Positions 56,116 through 64,000 of a stretch of DNA of 64,000 bases are shown here, one piece after another. The translations under genes and the position numbers were made by a program. Position 1 is the stretch's first letter; every line of letters starts with the position of its first letter. Source of the DNA: an uncultured Ignavibacteriales bacterium (GTDB lineage Bacteria > Zixibacteria > MSB-5A5 > GN15 > FEB-12); contig CAYXJN010000001.1 in assembly GCA_964464605.1 (NCBI GenBank), positions 379,068 to 443,067 of the forward strand. Direction: 5' to 3'. The notes beneath the pieces are model-generated. The model did not search any database. It saw only the letters and a program-made list of their open reading frames with translations, and was not told the origin of the DNA.

Positions 56116-58581
56116 ATGACTGAACAACTCTTTTTGCCAGGAAAGGTGTGCATACAATTGCGTAATTGGTGTTTAACCGTTTGGGCAGTTTTATTACTGA
56201 CCTCGGCCAGTGTCTTTTCGCAAACCGATCAATTCGGGGCACAGGATCGTATCTATCTGGATAAAGTAGAAGTCACCCGCGGCAAGCAGGTGCAAGTCGG
56301 GGTCTATATGACGAACGATGAACCGATTGCTTCTGTTTCGGTGCCACTTACTTACAATCCTCAGTACCTGACGCTTTCCTCGGTCTCTTTTGAAGGTTCC
56401 CGCGGTGCGCATATTGCCACCAAGATGGTAGCGCCGGAACAGGTCAATTCTGCATCCGGACATTTCTTAACCGGTATCGTTTCCATTTCCGAAGAGCCGA
56501 TCGAAGCTGGTGACGGTTTGTTGTTCACCGCTACTTTCACCGTTTCGCCGAGTGCACCGGTAGGGATAGAAGTAATGCTTGACTCCCTTTTCTATCCGCC
56601 CGGTGGTGAGCTTTTGTTAGTGGAAGCAACGTCTGCTGCAATTATTCGCCCGACTTTCGAAGCTGGACAAATTACCGTAGCGGCTGCGAATATGCCTCCG
56701 GTTATTCAGACCTCCGCTTCCGTTTATATTTTGGAAGGGGATAGTCTGAAACTTCCGGTTATCGCCAAAGATATCAATAATGATCCGGTGCAGCTTACCT
56801 GCAGCCGTTCATTGTCCGGTGCTGCTTTCACGCAGACCGGCGGTCACGGCCTGTTCCGTTGGAAACCGGATTTCCTCGGTGCGAATTCCGCTGATGGTTC
56901 TCCGTTTACCATTCAATTCTGGGCGACGGATGGCATCCGTGCTACCACGCTGGATGTAGCAGTACATGTTATCAATAAAAACCGCAAGCCGACCGTTACG
57001 CTGCTTGATTCAGTTGCCGTCGATGCCGGTCTTCCGATTTTGGTAGATATCACCTACGGTGATCCGGATTATGATACGACAACGCTGACAATTGTCAGCG
57101 CACCCGCCCAGTCACAGGTGGGGTACAGCAGTGCGTTTCCGGTGAATGGGCTGCGCCAGGCAACGTTTGAATGGAATACATCATTCGCCGATAGCGGCAA
57201 ACAGACCATACAGATTATCGCGACCGATTCACACGGTGCAGCCGATACCTCAGAAGTACTGCTACACGTACTGCCGGTTTCATTGTTCAACTTTTCTGTT
57301 GTCGATACCAATGTAAATCCGGCTGGCAGCGTTGATATTCCTATAGCGCTTGAAAATCTGGCACCAATGTCGTCGTTCTCGTTGCTTCTACACATTGATC
57401 CAACAGTGTTGACGCTTCATTCTGTGCAACGAGCCGGTACCCGTTCTGCAAATTTTGCGAGTTTCAGCTCAACCGTTAATTACGGCGGTGTCATTGGTGA
57501 TGTATTGATGCAGGGAACAGTTGGTGCACAGCCGTTGGCAGTAGGAAATGGCACATTGCTCAAACTGCGTGTTATCGCGGTTGGAAATGTCAACTATAGT
57601 GGTCTAAGCATTCCAGTACGATTCAATCAATCGATGTTGAATATGGTCAAAGATTCGACCAATAATACTGTGCCGAGTGATCAGTTGGATTATGAGGATG
57701 GCGTTGTCTTTATCAATAGCCTTGGGGATGTACTTCTCGGTGATATCAATTTGAATTTGATACCGTATGAAGTCGGCGATGCTATTTATTTTACTCAGTT
57801 TTTTATCAATCCCACGTATGCGATAATGAATCCGCTGCAGTTGGCAAATTCCGATATCAATCAGGATGAATTGGTGCCTACTATTGCAGATTTGGTCTCG
57901 CTTATTCGGGTGATCTCCGGTGATTTGACCCCGCCAGTCAGTAATTCCGGCGGATTAGCCTCCGTCCAAATCGTTACCAATCCCAATGGAACACAGACAA
58001 TTCATTATTCTTCGAATGTCCCGCTTGGAGCCGTATTAGTCAAAGGTGTCTCAACCGGTACGCTTGCTCCTGAAGGTGTATCAACGCCAACGAGCATGCT
58101 GGTTGATGTTGGCACCGAAAATAATGAAGATCGAATTTTAGTCTACAGCATGCAGGGTGATACGCTTCCGCAGGGAACACATGCGCTGGTAACACTGCCG
58201 TCCGGGGCAAATTTTTCCGCCTCTTCTGTTGAATTTTCAAGCGCTGACGGACAGATTGTTCAAGTTGCCCTAAGCGGCGGCTTCTTGAAAGAAACATTAC
58301 CGACCGCGTTTGCCTTGCAGCAGAATTATCCGAATCCGTTCAATCCGGAAACAAATATTGCATTCGATATTGCGATACCCGGACGGGTGCGTCTTTCGGT
58401 CTATAACCTGCTCGGCCAGCAGATTCGTGTGTTGGCGGAACGAGAATATCCTGCCGGTCATCATTCGGTTGTCTGGGACAGCCGGGATGATTCCGGTGCG
58501 CCGGTTTCATCGGGCGTTTATTTCTACCGCCTGGAAACAGAAAGGCAATCATTCACCAAGAAGATGACTTTGGTGAAATGA
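56116..58581 (+). CDS. scaffoldin-like protein: cohesin-like, two cadherin-like, cohesin-like, dockerin-like, FlgD-Ig/T9SS-like CTD
   Basis: G.QVQVGVYMTN..PLTYNP..GDGLLFTATF; GSVDIPIALEN..GNGTLLKL; LGDINLN..NSDINQD..IADLVSLI; LQQNYPNPFNP..VWDSRDDSG..SGVYFYRL..KKMTLVK. Confidence 0.8.
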   Translation: MTEQLFLPGKVCIQLRNWCLTVWAVLLLTSASVFSQTDQFGAQDRIYLDKVEVTRGKQVQVGVYMTNDEPIASVSVPLTYNPQYLTLSSVSFEGSRGAHIATKMVAPEQVNSASGHFLTGIVSISEEPIEAGDGLLFTATFTVSPSAPVGIEVMLDSLFYPPGGELLLVEATSAAIIRPTFEAGQITVAAANMPPVIQTSASVYILEGDSLKLPVIAKDINNDPVQLTCSRSLSGAAFTQTGGHGLFRWKPDFLGANSADGSPFTIQFWATDGIRATTLDVAVHVINKNRKPTVTLLDSVAVDAGLPILVDITYGDPDYDTTTLTIVSAPAQSQVGYSSAFPVNGLRQATFEWNTSFADSGKQTIQIIATDSHGAADTSEVLLHVLPVSLFNFSVVDTNVNPAGSVDIPIALENLAPMSSFSLLLHIDPTVLTLHSVQRAGTRSANFASFSSTVNYGGVIGDVLMQGTVGAQPLAVGNGTLLKLRVIAVGNVNYSGLSIPVRFNQSMLNMVKDSTNNTVPSDQLDYEDGVVFINSLGDVLLGDINLNLIPYEVGDAIYFTQFFINPTYAIMNPLQLANSDINQDELVPTIADLVSLIRVISGDLTPPVSNSGGLASVQIVTNPNGTQTIHYSSNVPLGAVLVKGVSTGTLAPEGVSTPTSMLVDVGTENNEDRILVYSMQGDTLPQGTHALVTLPSGANFSASSVEFSSADGQIVQVALSGGFLKETLPTAFALQQNYPNPFNPETNIAFDIAIPGRVRLSVYNLLGQQIRVLAEREYPAGHHSVVWDSRDDSGAPVSSGVYFYRLETERQSFTKKMTLVK

Positions 58582-58626
58582 TACTGTGTGTGAAGATATG
58601 TATATGTATGTGATAGTTTGGAGGTA

Positions 58627-61320
58627 ATGATGCGGTTGCTGAAATTCCTTGCATTTTTGCTGGTATTGCAACTGATAGGCAGCTGGGTACCCGAATTGAA
58701 AGCGCAGGTAGTTGAAAATTGTGCGTTTGTTAACTTGAATCGGTTATCCACTCGTGATACTGTCCGTGTAAGACGTTTTACGGGAAGACCGGGAGATACG
58801 GTCTATATGCCGGTCCATATGGCTACTGACTCTGCTGTTGCTGGCTTTCAGTTTATTTTTCGCGTCGATACCGTTAAGCTGGAACCGACCGGAAAAGCGT
58901 ACGATACAACTTTAGTTGGTCCGGAATTGTTCTTTAGCAATCAAATGGTGGGGAGATTGCGAAACGCACAAAATGAAATCGACGTACAATTTCCGCCGGC
59001 TGGAAGTAGAACCGCATTTTTAACCCAGCTTTCGTATAATCCCTTTGACTCCGGTGCGCTTTTGGCTTCCTTCTTTCCACCAATACCGCTTGATTCTCAG
59101 AGTGTGTCGGTGACCATTGACCCGGGTCGGGATATCATTTTCTATATTCCTTTCATTGCCAATCCGACGATGCAGCATAAAGAATCACTCTTTATCAGAT
59201 TTCAAGAATCGGATCAGTTCTATCTCGATTCGAACAACCTTCCGGTTCAAACCGGCTGTCGACGAACGCAAATTGCGTCCGCATGGAACAGCGGATCGGG
59301 TATTACTAACCCTACATTATATCCGAGGACGTTTGGCGCTTGGTTTGTTGCCGACACAGCGCCGCTACCGAGTATTGTCGCGTTTAGTACCAGCGCCACG
59401 AATATTAATTCAGGCGGTGCTGCCATTCTGAGCTGGACAGTCACGAATGCAGATTCGGTCACGTTATCAGTAAATAGTATTAACATCTTGAAAACGACGG
59501 AACTTACCAGCGATACCATCGTTCAGCCGACATCGACAACGACCTATTTGTTGACTGCCTACAACAACTCTGGAACAGCGACAGCCAGCCAAACAATCAC
59601 AGTTGGCACAGGCGGCGGTGGCGGCGGCGGCGGTGGCGGCGGCGGGAGTACTAATTATGGGCCAGATATTTTCAGGGATCCGGAAGACAGAACGATTACA
59701 ATAAATCAATTCGAACCGCTCACCATTCGAGTCACGGCTGATGATGAAAACGGTGATTCGATCGTGCTTAATACTATGGGAGCACTACCCGCAAACGCAG
59801 CATTTTTAGGTGACTCGACAAACGGAACAGGTACCGTCGAACGAATGTTCACGTTTACCCCGGATGCTTCGCAAACGGGAGCGTTTACTATTATTTTCAA
59901 AGCCAGGGATGAATTCGGCGGTTCATCGGCTAATTATCTTACTATTGTCGTCAATCCGCTTGATGATGCACTGTTTACTACGTCGGATACTGTTCCTGGC
60001 CGCAGAGCAGTCGGCGGTGTACCGGGAAGCAGTCAGATACTTTTCCCGATTAATTTTTTCACTGCACAGCCTATTTATGGTATTCAGTTCGATTTGACGT
60101 TCGACAGCTTACAGCTTGAAATAGACTCAGTATTTACCACTGCTCGTACCCCGGGATTTGTAGTGTACGATAACATCGGCCAAATTCCCGGTGTTGTGCG
60201 TGTCGCGAGTTTCCATTTGAGTGGTGACAGTATGCGCACCGATACCATTCCAATTTTGTATGCGGCGTTCTCGGTTGACTCGCTTGCGCCTCCGGGACTT
60301 TACGACGTTTGCATTAAAAATGGTTTTGAAGCCATTGATCCGAATCCGAATGTGTTCGGCGTTTCAGTCGAAGGTTCCTGTGGCGTTCTGCAGGTCGATC
60401 AATTCGGTGACGTTAACTTAGACCGGGTGGTAAACGTTGTTGACGTAGTGAACATTATTGGTGTCATACTCGGTAACTTCTCGCTTACTCCTCGTCAGTA
60501 CGCAGCCGGTAATATTGTTACCGATGCAAATATTGACGTGTTCGATATGGTTGGTATTCTGAATGTTATTTTCAACATTCCTCTGGTTCCGACTGCCGGC
60601 ATGGAAATACCTGGTCTTATTGCAGAGATGTCACTCAACTACCAGAATCTGGAACAGGGAGAATCAGATGTCATCCTGCTTGATTTAGATGCACCGATGG
60701 ATGTGGCCGGTGTCGAATTGGTTATTAATTATGACCGGACTGCCGTCTCGTTAGGTACACCTAAAATTCCAGACGGCGCTAACGGGTTGGTACTGCAAAG
60801 TCAGGATCTCGGACAAGGGAAAATGAAAGTTCTGCTTACGCCAACCAATCCCCTGACCACGAGTGACTTTATCCAACGCGGTAAGAGCACATTCTTGGAA
60901 ATCCCGATTACGGCGCGTCAGGATATTGCCAGCGATGATGAAACGCAGTTGCGCTTGAGCAAGGCCTTGCTTTCTACAGCATCAGCTGAAGCGTTGAAGG
61001 TTGGCAATGTAACTGCGCCAGTGCCCGCAGGATTTACGTTACGGCAGAATTATCCGAATCCGTTCAACCCGAGCACGAATATCGAATTTTCAATCGATGT
61101 CGACGCGGGTGTCGGTCAAAAGAATGTTCGACTTGATATTTTCAATATCCTCGGTCAACGGGTGAAAACCTTAGTGAACCGGCCGCTCAGCACCGGAACC
61201 TTCAGGGAAGTGTGGGATGCCACCAACGAAGCTGGCGAGAAGGTGTCGACAGGAATGTATCTTTATCGACTGGAAGTCGGAGATGCAACACAAACTAAAA
61301 AGATGATATTTTTGAAATAG
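58627..61320 (+). CDS. scaffoldin-like protein: cohesin-like, Ig, Gly12 linker, cadherin-like, cohesin-like, dockerin, cohesin-like, FlgD-Ig/T9SS-like CTD
   Basis: PGDTVYMPV..VAGFQFIF; IYGIQFDLTFD; GDVNLDRVVNVVDVV..NIDVFDMV; VAGVELVINYD; LRQNYPNPFNP..WDATNEAG..TGMYLYRL..KKMIFLK. Confidence 0.8.
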   Translation: MMRLLKFLAFLLVLQLIGSWVPELKAQVVENCAFVNLNRLSTRDTVRVRRFTGRPGDTVYMPVHMATDSAVAGFQFIFRVDTVKLEPTGKAYDTTLVGPELFFSNQMVGRLRNAQNEIDVQFPPAGSRTAFLTQLSYNPFDSGALLASFFPPIPLDSQSVSVTIDPGRDIIFYIPFIANPTMQHKESLFIRFQESDQFYLDSNNLPVQTGCRRTQIASAWNSGSGITNPTLYPRTFGAWFVADTAPLPSIVAFSTSATNINSGGAAILSWTVTNADSVTLSVNSINILKTTELTSDTIVQPTSTTTYLLTAYNNSGTATASQTITVGTGGGGGGGGGGGGSTNYGPDIFRDPEDRTITINQFEPLTIRVTADDENGDSIVLNTMGALPANAAFLGDSTNGTGTVERMFTFTPDASQTGAFTIIFKARDEFGGSSANYLTIVVNPLDDALFTTSDTVPGRRAVGGVPGSSQILFPINFFTAQPIYGIQFDLTFDSLQLEIDSVFTTARTPGFVVYDNIGQIPGVVRVASFHLSGDSMRTDTIPILYAAFSVDSLAPPGLYDVCIKNGFEAIDPNPNVFGVSVEGSCGVLQVDQFGDVNLDRVVNVVDVVNIIGVILGNFSLTPRQYAAGNIVTDANIDVFDMVGILNVIFNIPLVPTAGMEIPGLIAEMSLNYQNLEQGESDVILLDLDAPMDVAGVELVINYDRTAVSLGTPKIPDGANGLVLQSQDLGQGKMKVLLTPTNPLTTSDFIQRGKSTFLEIPITARQDIASDDETQLRLSKALLSTASAEALKVGNVTAPVPAGFTLRQNYPNPFNPSTNIEFSIDVDAGVGQKNVRLDIFNILGQRVKTLVNRPLSTGTFREVWDATNEAGEKVSTGMYLYRLEVGDATQTKKMIFLK
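59611..59646 (+). repeat. (GGN)12 poly-glycine linker
   Basis: ggcggcggtggcggcggcggcggtggcggcggcggg, in frame. Confidence 0.9.
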
Positions 61321-61341
61321 GACAGGGAGGAAGAACAAACG

Positions 61342-64000
61342 ATGCGTATTCGAATTCTCATCGCAGGCTTGCTTCTTAGCCTCGGACTCGCCATCGGAGC
61401 GGCTGCCCAAACAGCGCCGCCGGTGCTCGATCCAATCGGGCCGCAAGGTCCCGTGGCTGAAGGAGGCAACCTGGCCTTTGGCGTGTCGGCCTCCGATGCT
61501 GACGTCACCATACCGATTTTAACTACTTCGACGCTTCCTCCCAATGCGACCTTTGTCGACAATTTGGACGGAACTGGTTCGTTTAGTTTCTCGCCGGATT
61601 TCACGCAGGCTGGACCGTTTATCATTACGTTCTATGCCGCTGATCCGATAACGCCGGATATCGATTCAGAACAGGTTACTATCACCGTAACCAACGTGAA
61701 TCAATTGCCGATTCTTGCGACTATTTCGCCGCAGGGTCCGGTCAATGAAGGTGCGGTGTTGAACTTTGGTGTTACCGCATCCGATCCGGATACGGATATC
61801 CCAGTGTTGACTACCTCACCGCTGCCGGTCAATGCAACGTTCATCGATAACAACGACGGCACCGGTTCGTTTAGTTTTTCACCTGATTTCACACAGGCCG
61901 GAAACTTCAGCATTACATTCTATGCGACCGATGCTGTTTCACCGACCGATATCGACTCCGAAGTCGTTTCGATCACAGTTACGAACGTGAACCAACTGCC
62001 GATTCTTGCGACTATTTCGCCGCAGGGTCCGGTCAATGAAGGTGCGGTGTTGAACTTTGGTGTCAGCTCAACCGACGCNNNNNNNNNNNNNNNNNNNNNN
62101 NNNNNNNNNNNNNNNNNNNNNNNNNNNNNNNNNNNNNNNNNNNNNNNNNNNNNNNNNNNNNNNNNNNNNNNNNNNNNNAACTTTGGTGTCAGCTCAACCG
62201 ACGCCGATGGTGTTGATCCGGTGTTAACCACGTCAACCCTTCCGGCTAATGCATCTTTCGTTGATAACAACGACGGTACCGGCTCGTTTAGTTTCTCACC
62301 TGACTTCACACAGGCTGGAACGTTCAATATTACGTTCTATGCGACTGACGGTGCGCTTCCGGCTGATATTGATTCCGAAGTCGTTTCGATTACCGTAACA
62401 AACGTGAACCAATTGCCGATCCTCGCGACAATTTCCCCGCAAGGTCCGGTCAATGAAGGTGCTGTTCTTAACTTTGGCGTTAGTTCAACCGATGCTGACG
62501 GTGTTGATCCGGTATTGACGACATCAACCCTTCCGGCCAATGCTTCATTCGTTGACAATAACGACGGCACCGGCTCATTCAGCTTTTCGCCTGACTTCAC
62601 ACAGGCCGGAACGTTCAATATTACGTTCTACGCGACTGACGGTGCGCTTCCGGCTGACATTGATTCCGAAGTCGTCTCGATTACTGTAACGGATGTCAAT
62701 CAGGCGCCGGTGTTGGCGACAATCAGCCCGCAAGGTCCGGTTGTTGAAGGCAACACCTTGAACTTTGGTGTAACAGCCACCGATGGTGATGCGGTCACGC
62801 CGATTCTTACGACATCCACCTTGCCGACGAATGCAACATTTGTTGATAATAACGACGGTACCGGTTCGTTCAGCTTCTCGCCGAATCTGACCCAGGCTGG
62901 TGTGTATAACATTACGTTCTATGCTACCGACGGCGCAGTTCCATCATCAATCGACTCAGAAGTAGTCAGTATTACCGTTACCGACGCCGGCAACCAGACG
63001 CCGGTGCTTGCGACCATTTCGCCGCAAGGTCCGGTGACGGAAGGGAACACGCTGAACTTTGGCGTATCCGCAACCGATGCCGACCTAGTTACCCCGGTTC
63101 TTTCAACCTCGGCGCTTCCGGCAAACGCGTCGTTTATTGATAACAACGATGGTACCGGTTCGTTCAGCTTTACGCCGGGCTTCACGCAAGCGGGCGTATA
63201 TAACATCACGTTCTACGCAACGGATGGCTCAGTACCCTCTGCAATCGATTCTGAAATCGTGAGCATAACGGTCGATGAAGCCGGCAACCAAGAACCGGTA
63301 CTCGCGACAATCTCGCCGCAAGGTCCGGTAACGGAAGGTAACACATTGAATTTTGGTGTATCTGCTTCCGACTTGGATCTGGTTGTGCCTGTTCTTACCA
63401 CTTCAGCGCTTCCGGCAAACGCCTCGTTCGTTGATAACAACGACGGCACCGGATCATTCAGCTTTACGCCGGGCTTCACACAGGCGGGCGTATATAACAT
63501 CACGTTCTACGCAACGGATGGCTCAGTACCCTCTGCAATCGATTCTGAAATCGTGAGCATAACGGTCGATGAAGCCGGCAATCAAACGCCGGTACTCGCA
63601 ACTATTTCGCCGCAAGGTCCGGTTGTCGAAGGTAGCACACTCAACTTCGGCGTATCTGCAACCGATGCTGATTTAGTCACGCCAATTCTGACTACCTCGA
63701 CCCTTCCGTTAAATGCAACTTTTGTTGATAATAGTGATGGCACCGGTTCATTCAGCTTCTCGCCGGATGTTACCCAGTCAGGTATTTACACGATTACGTT
63801 CTATGCGACCGACGGTGTTGTTCCGGCGGCCATTGATTCCGAAATAGTAAGTATCACGGTTACCGATGCCGGTAACCAGGTTCCCGTGTTGGCCACTATC
63901 TCGCCGCAGGGTCCGGTGACGGAAGGAAACAGCCTGAGCTTTGGCGTATCGGCAACCGATGCTGATTTAGTCACGCCGATTCTTTCGACTTCCGCGCTTC
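61342..64000 (+). CDS. large secreted protein of tandem cadherin-like/Ig repeats, 3' end outside window
   Basis: GGAGG RBS; signal peptide MRIRILIAGLLLSLGLAIGAAAQ; open frame on both sides of the N gap; absent from the ORF track. Confidence 0.9.
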   Translation, partial: MRIRILIAGLLLSLGLAIGAAAQTAPPVLDPIGPQGPVAEGGNLAFGVSASDADVTIPILTTSTLPPNATFVDNLDGTGSFSFSPDFTQAGPFIITFYAADPITPDIDSEQVTITVTNVNQLPILATISPQGPVNEGAVLNFGVTASDPDTDIPVLTTSPLPVNATFIDNNDGTGSFSFSPDFTQAGNFSITFYATDAVSPTDIDSEVVSITVTNVNQLPILATISPQGPVNEGAVLNFGVSSTDXXXXXXXXXXXXXXXXXXXXXXXXXXXXXXXXXXNFGVSSTDADGVDPVLTTSTLPANASFVDNNDGTGSFSFSPDFTQAGTFNITFYATDGALPADIDSEVVSITVTNVNQLPILATISPQGPVNEGAVLNFGVSSTDADGVDPVLTTSTLPANASFVDNNDGTGSFSFSPDFTQAGTFNITFYATDGALPADIDSEVVSITVTDVNQAPVLATISPQGPVVEGNTLNFGVTATDGDAVTPILTTSTLPTNATFVDNNDGTGSFSFSPNLTQAGVYNITFYATDGAVPSSIDSEVVSITVTDAGNQTPVLATISPQGPVTEGNTLNFGVSATDADLVTPVLSTSALPANASFIDNNDGTGSFSFTPGFTQAGVYNITFYATDGSVPSAIDSEIVSITVDEAGNQEPVLATISPQGPVTEGNTLNFGVSASDLDLVVPVLTTSALPANASFVDNNDGTGSFSFTPGFTQAGVYNITFYATDGSVPSAIDSEIVSITVDEAGNQTPVLATISPQGPVVEGSTLNFGVSATDADLVTPILTTSTLPLNATFVDNSDGTGSFSFSPDVTQSGIYTITFYATDGVVPAAIDSEIVSITVTDAGNQVPVLATISPQGPVTEGNSLSFGVSATDADLVTPILSTSAL
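61411..64000 (+). repeat. tandem 288-294-nt (96-98 aa) coding repeats, at least 8 full plus 1 partial
   Basis: Units start about 61411, 61699, 61990, 62407, 62698, 62992, 63286, 63580, 63874; consensus NQxPVLATISPQGPVxEG..SDxD..LPxNAxFVDNNDGTGSFSFSPDFTQAG..FYATDG..IDSEVVSITV. Confidence 0.9.
62079..62178. other. assembly gap (100 N) within the repeat array
   Basis: The 26 nt before the gap (62053-62078) are repeated right after it (62179-62204). Confidence 0.95.

Noticed and set aside
59611..59646. Phase-variable simple sequence repeat
   Set aside because: Interrupted in-frame triplet repeat; slippage would only change linker length.
46869..61320. Classical cellulosome
   Set aside because: No glycoside hydrolase, CBM3 or SLH motifs recognised, and the export signals are diderm-type.
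62079..62178. Frameshift or insertion in the repeat gene
   Set aside because: It is a 100-N scaffolding placeholder with duplicated flanks, an assembly artefact.
61263..63503. Series of similar minus-strand ORFs (PACVKSGEKLNEPVPS...)
   Set aside because: Antisense shadows of the plus-strand repeat gene, which has an RBS, signal peptide and continuous frame.
1..64000. tRNA, rRNA, prophage or IS elements
   Set aside because: No tRNA arms, rRNA-like tracts, phage genes or transposase motifs noticed by eye; a covariance-model scan would be needed to exclude small RNAs.

Overview
64 kb bacterial chromosome window of a diderm organism. FadL, Wzi, SurA, a PorV-like barrel and many secreted proteins with dockerins or 'QNYPNPFN' C-terminal domains resemble FCB-group candidate phyla such as Zixibacteria; this taxonomy is inference only. 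About the first 46 kb is housekeeping and accessory genes: divIVA-domain start, yggS, alr, type III PKS, a CBS-like/cystathionine gamma-lyase-like pair, bshB1, a FadL-like barrel, partial EPS locus, fbaB, nfo, hprK, two PPIases, an AAA+/VWA pair, arsC and an HMA protein. These are interspersed with AT-rich orphan genes and GTAG-type REP-like palindromes. From 46.5 kb to the end is a same-strand cluster of secreted cohesin/dockerin/cadherin-like proteins with no recognisable catalytic domains. It ends in a large tandem-repeat gene that the ORF track missed and that runs off the window. Two observations stand out. (1) An apparently leaderless 42-codon Cys-rich leader ORF with mutually exclusive antiterminator and terminator hairpins lies upstream of the transsulfuration genes, i.e. 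a candidate cysteine-sensing transcriptional attenuator. (2) The 3' cluster looks like a non-cellulolytic cohesin-dockerin surface-assembly system. Two likely pseudo-enzymes were also seen: an esterase fold lacking the catalytic Ser, and a HisC-like fold lacking the PLP Lys. No tRNA, rRNA, CRISPR array or transposase was recognised. All family calls come from reading motifs by eye, not from database searches.
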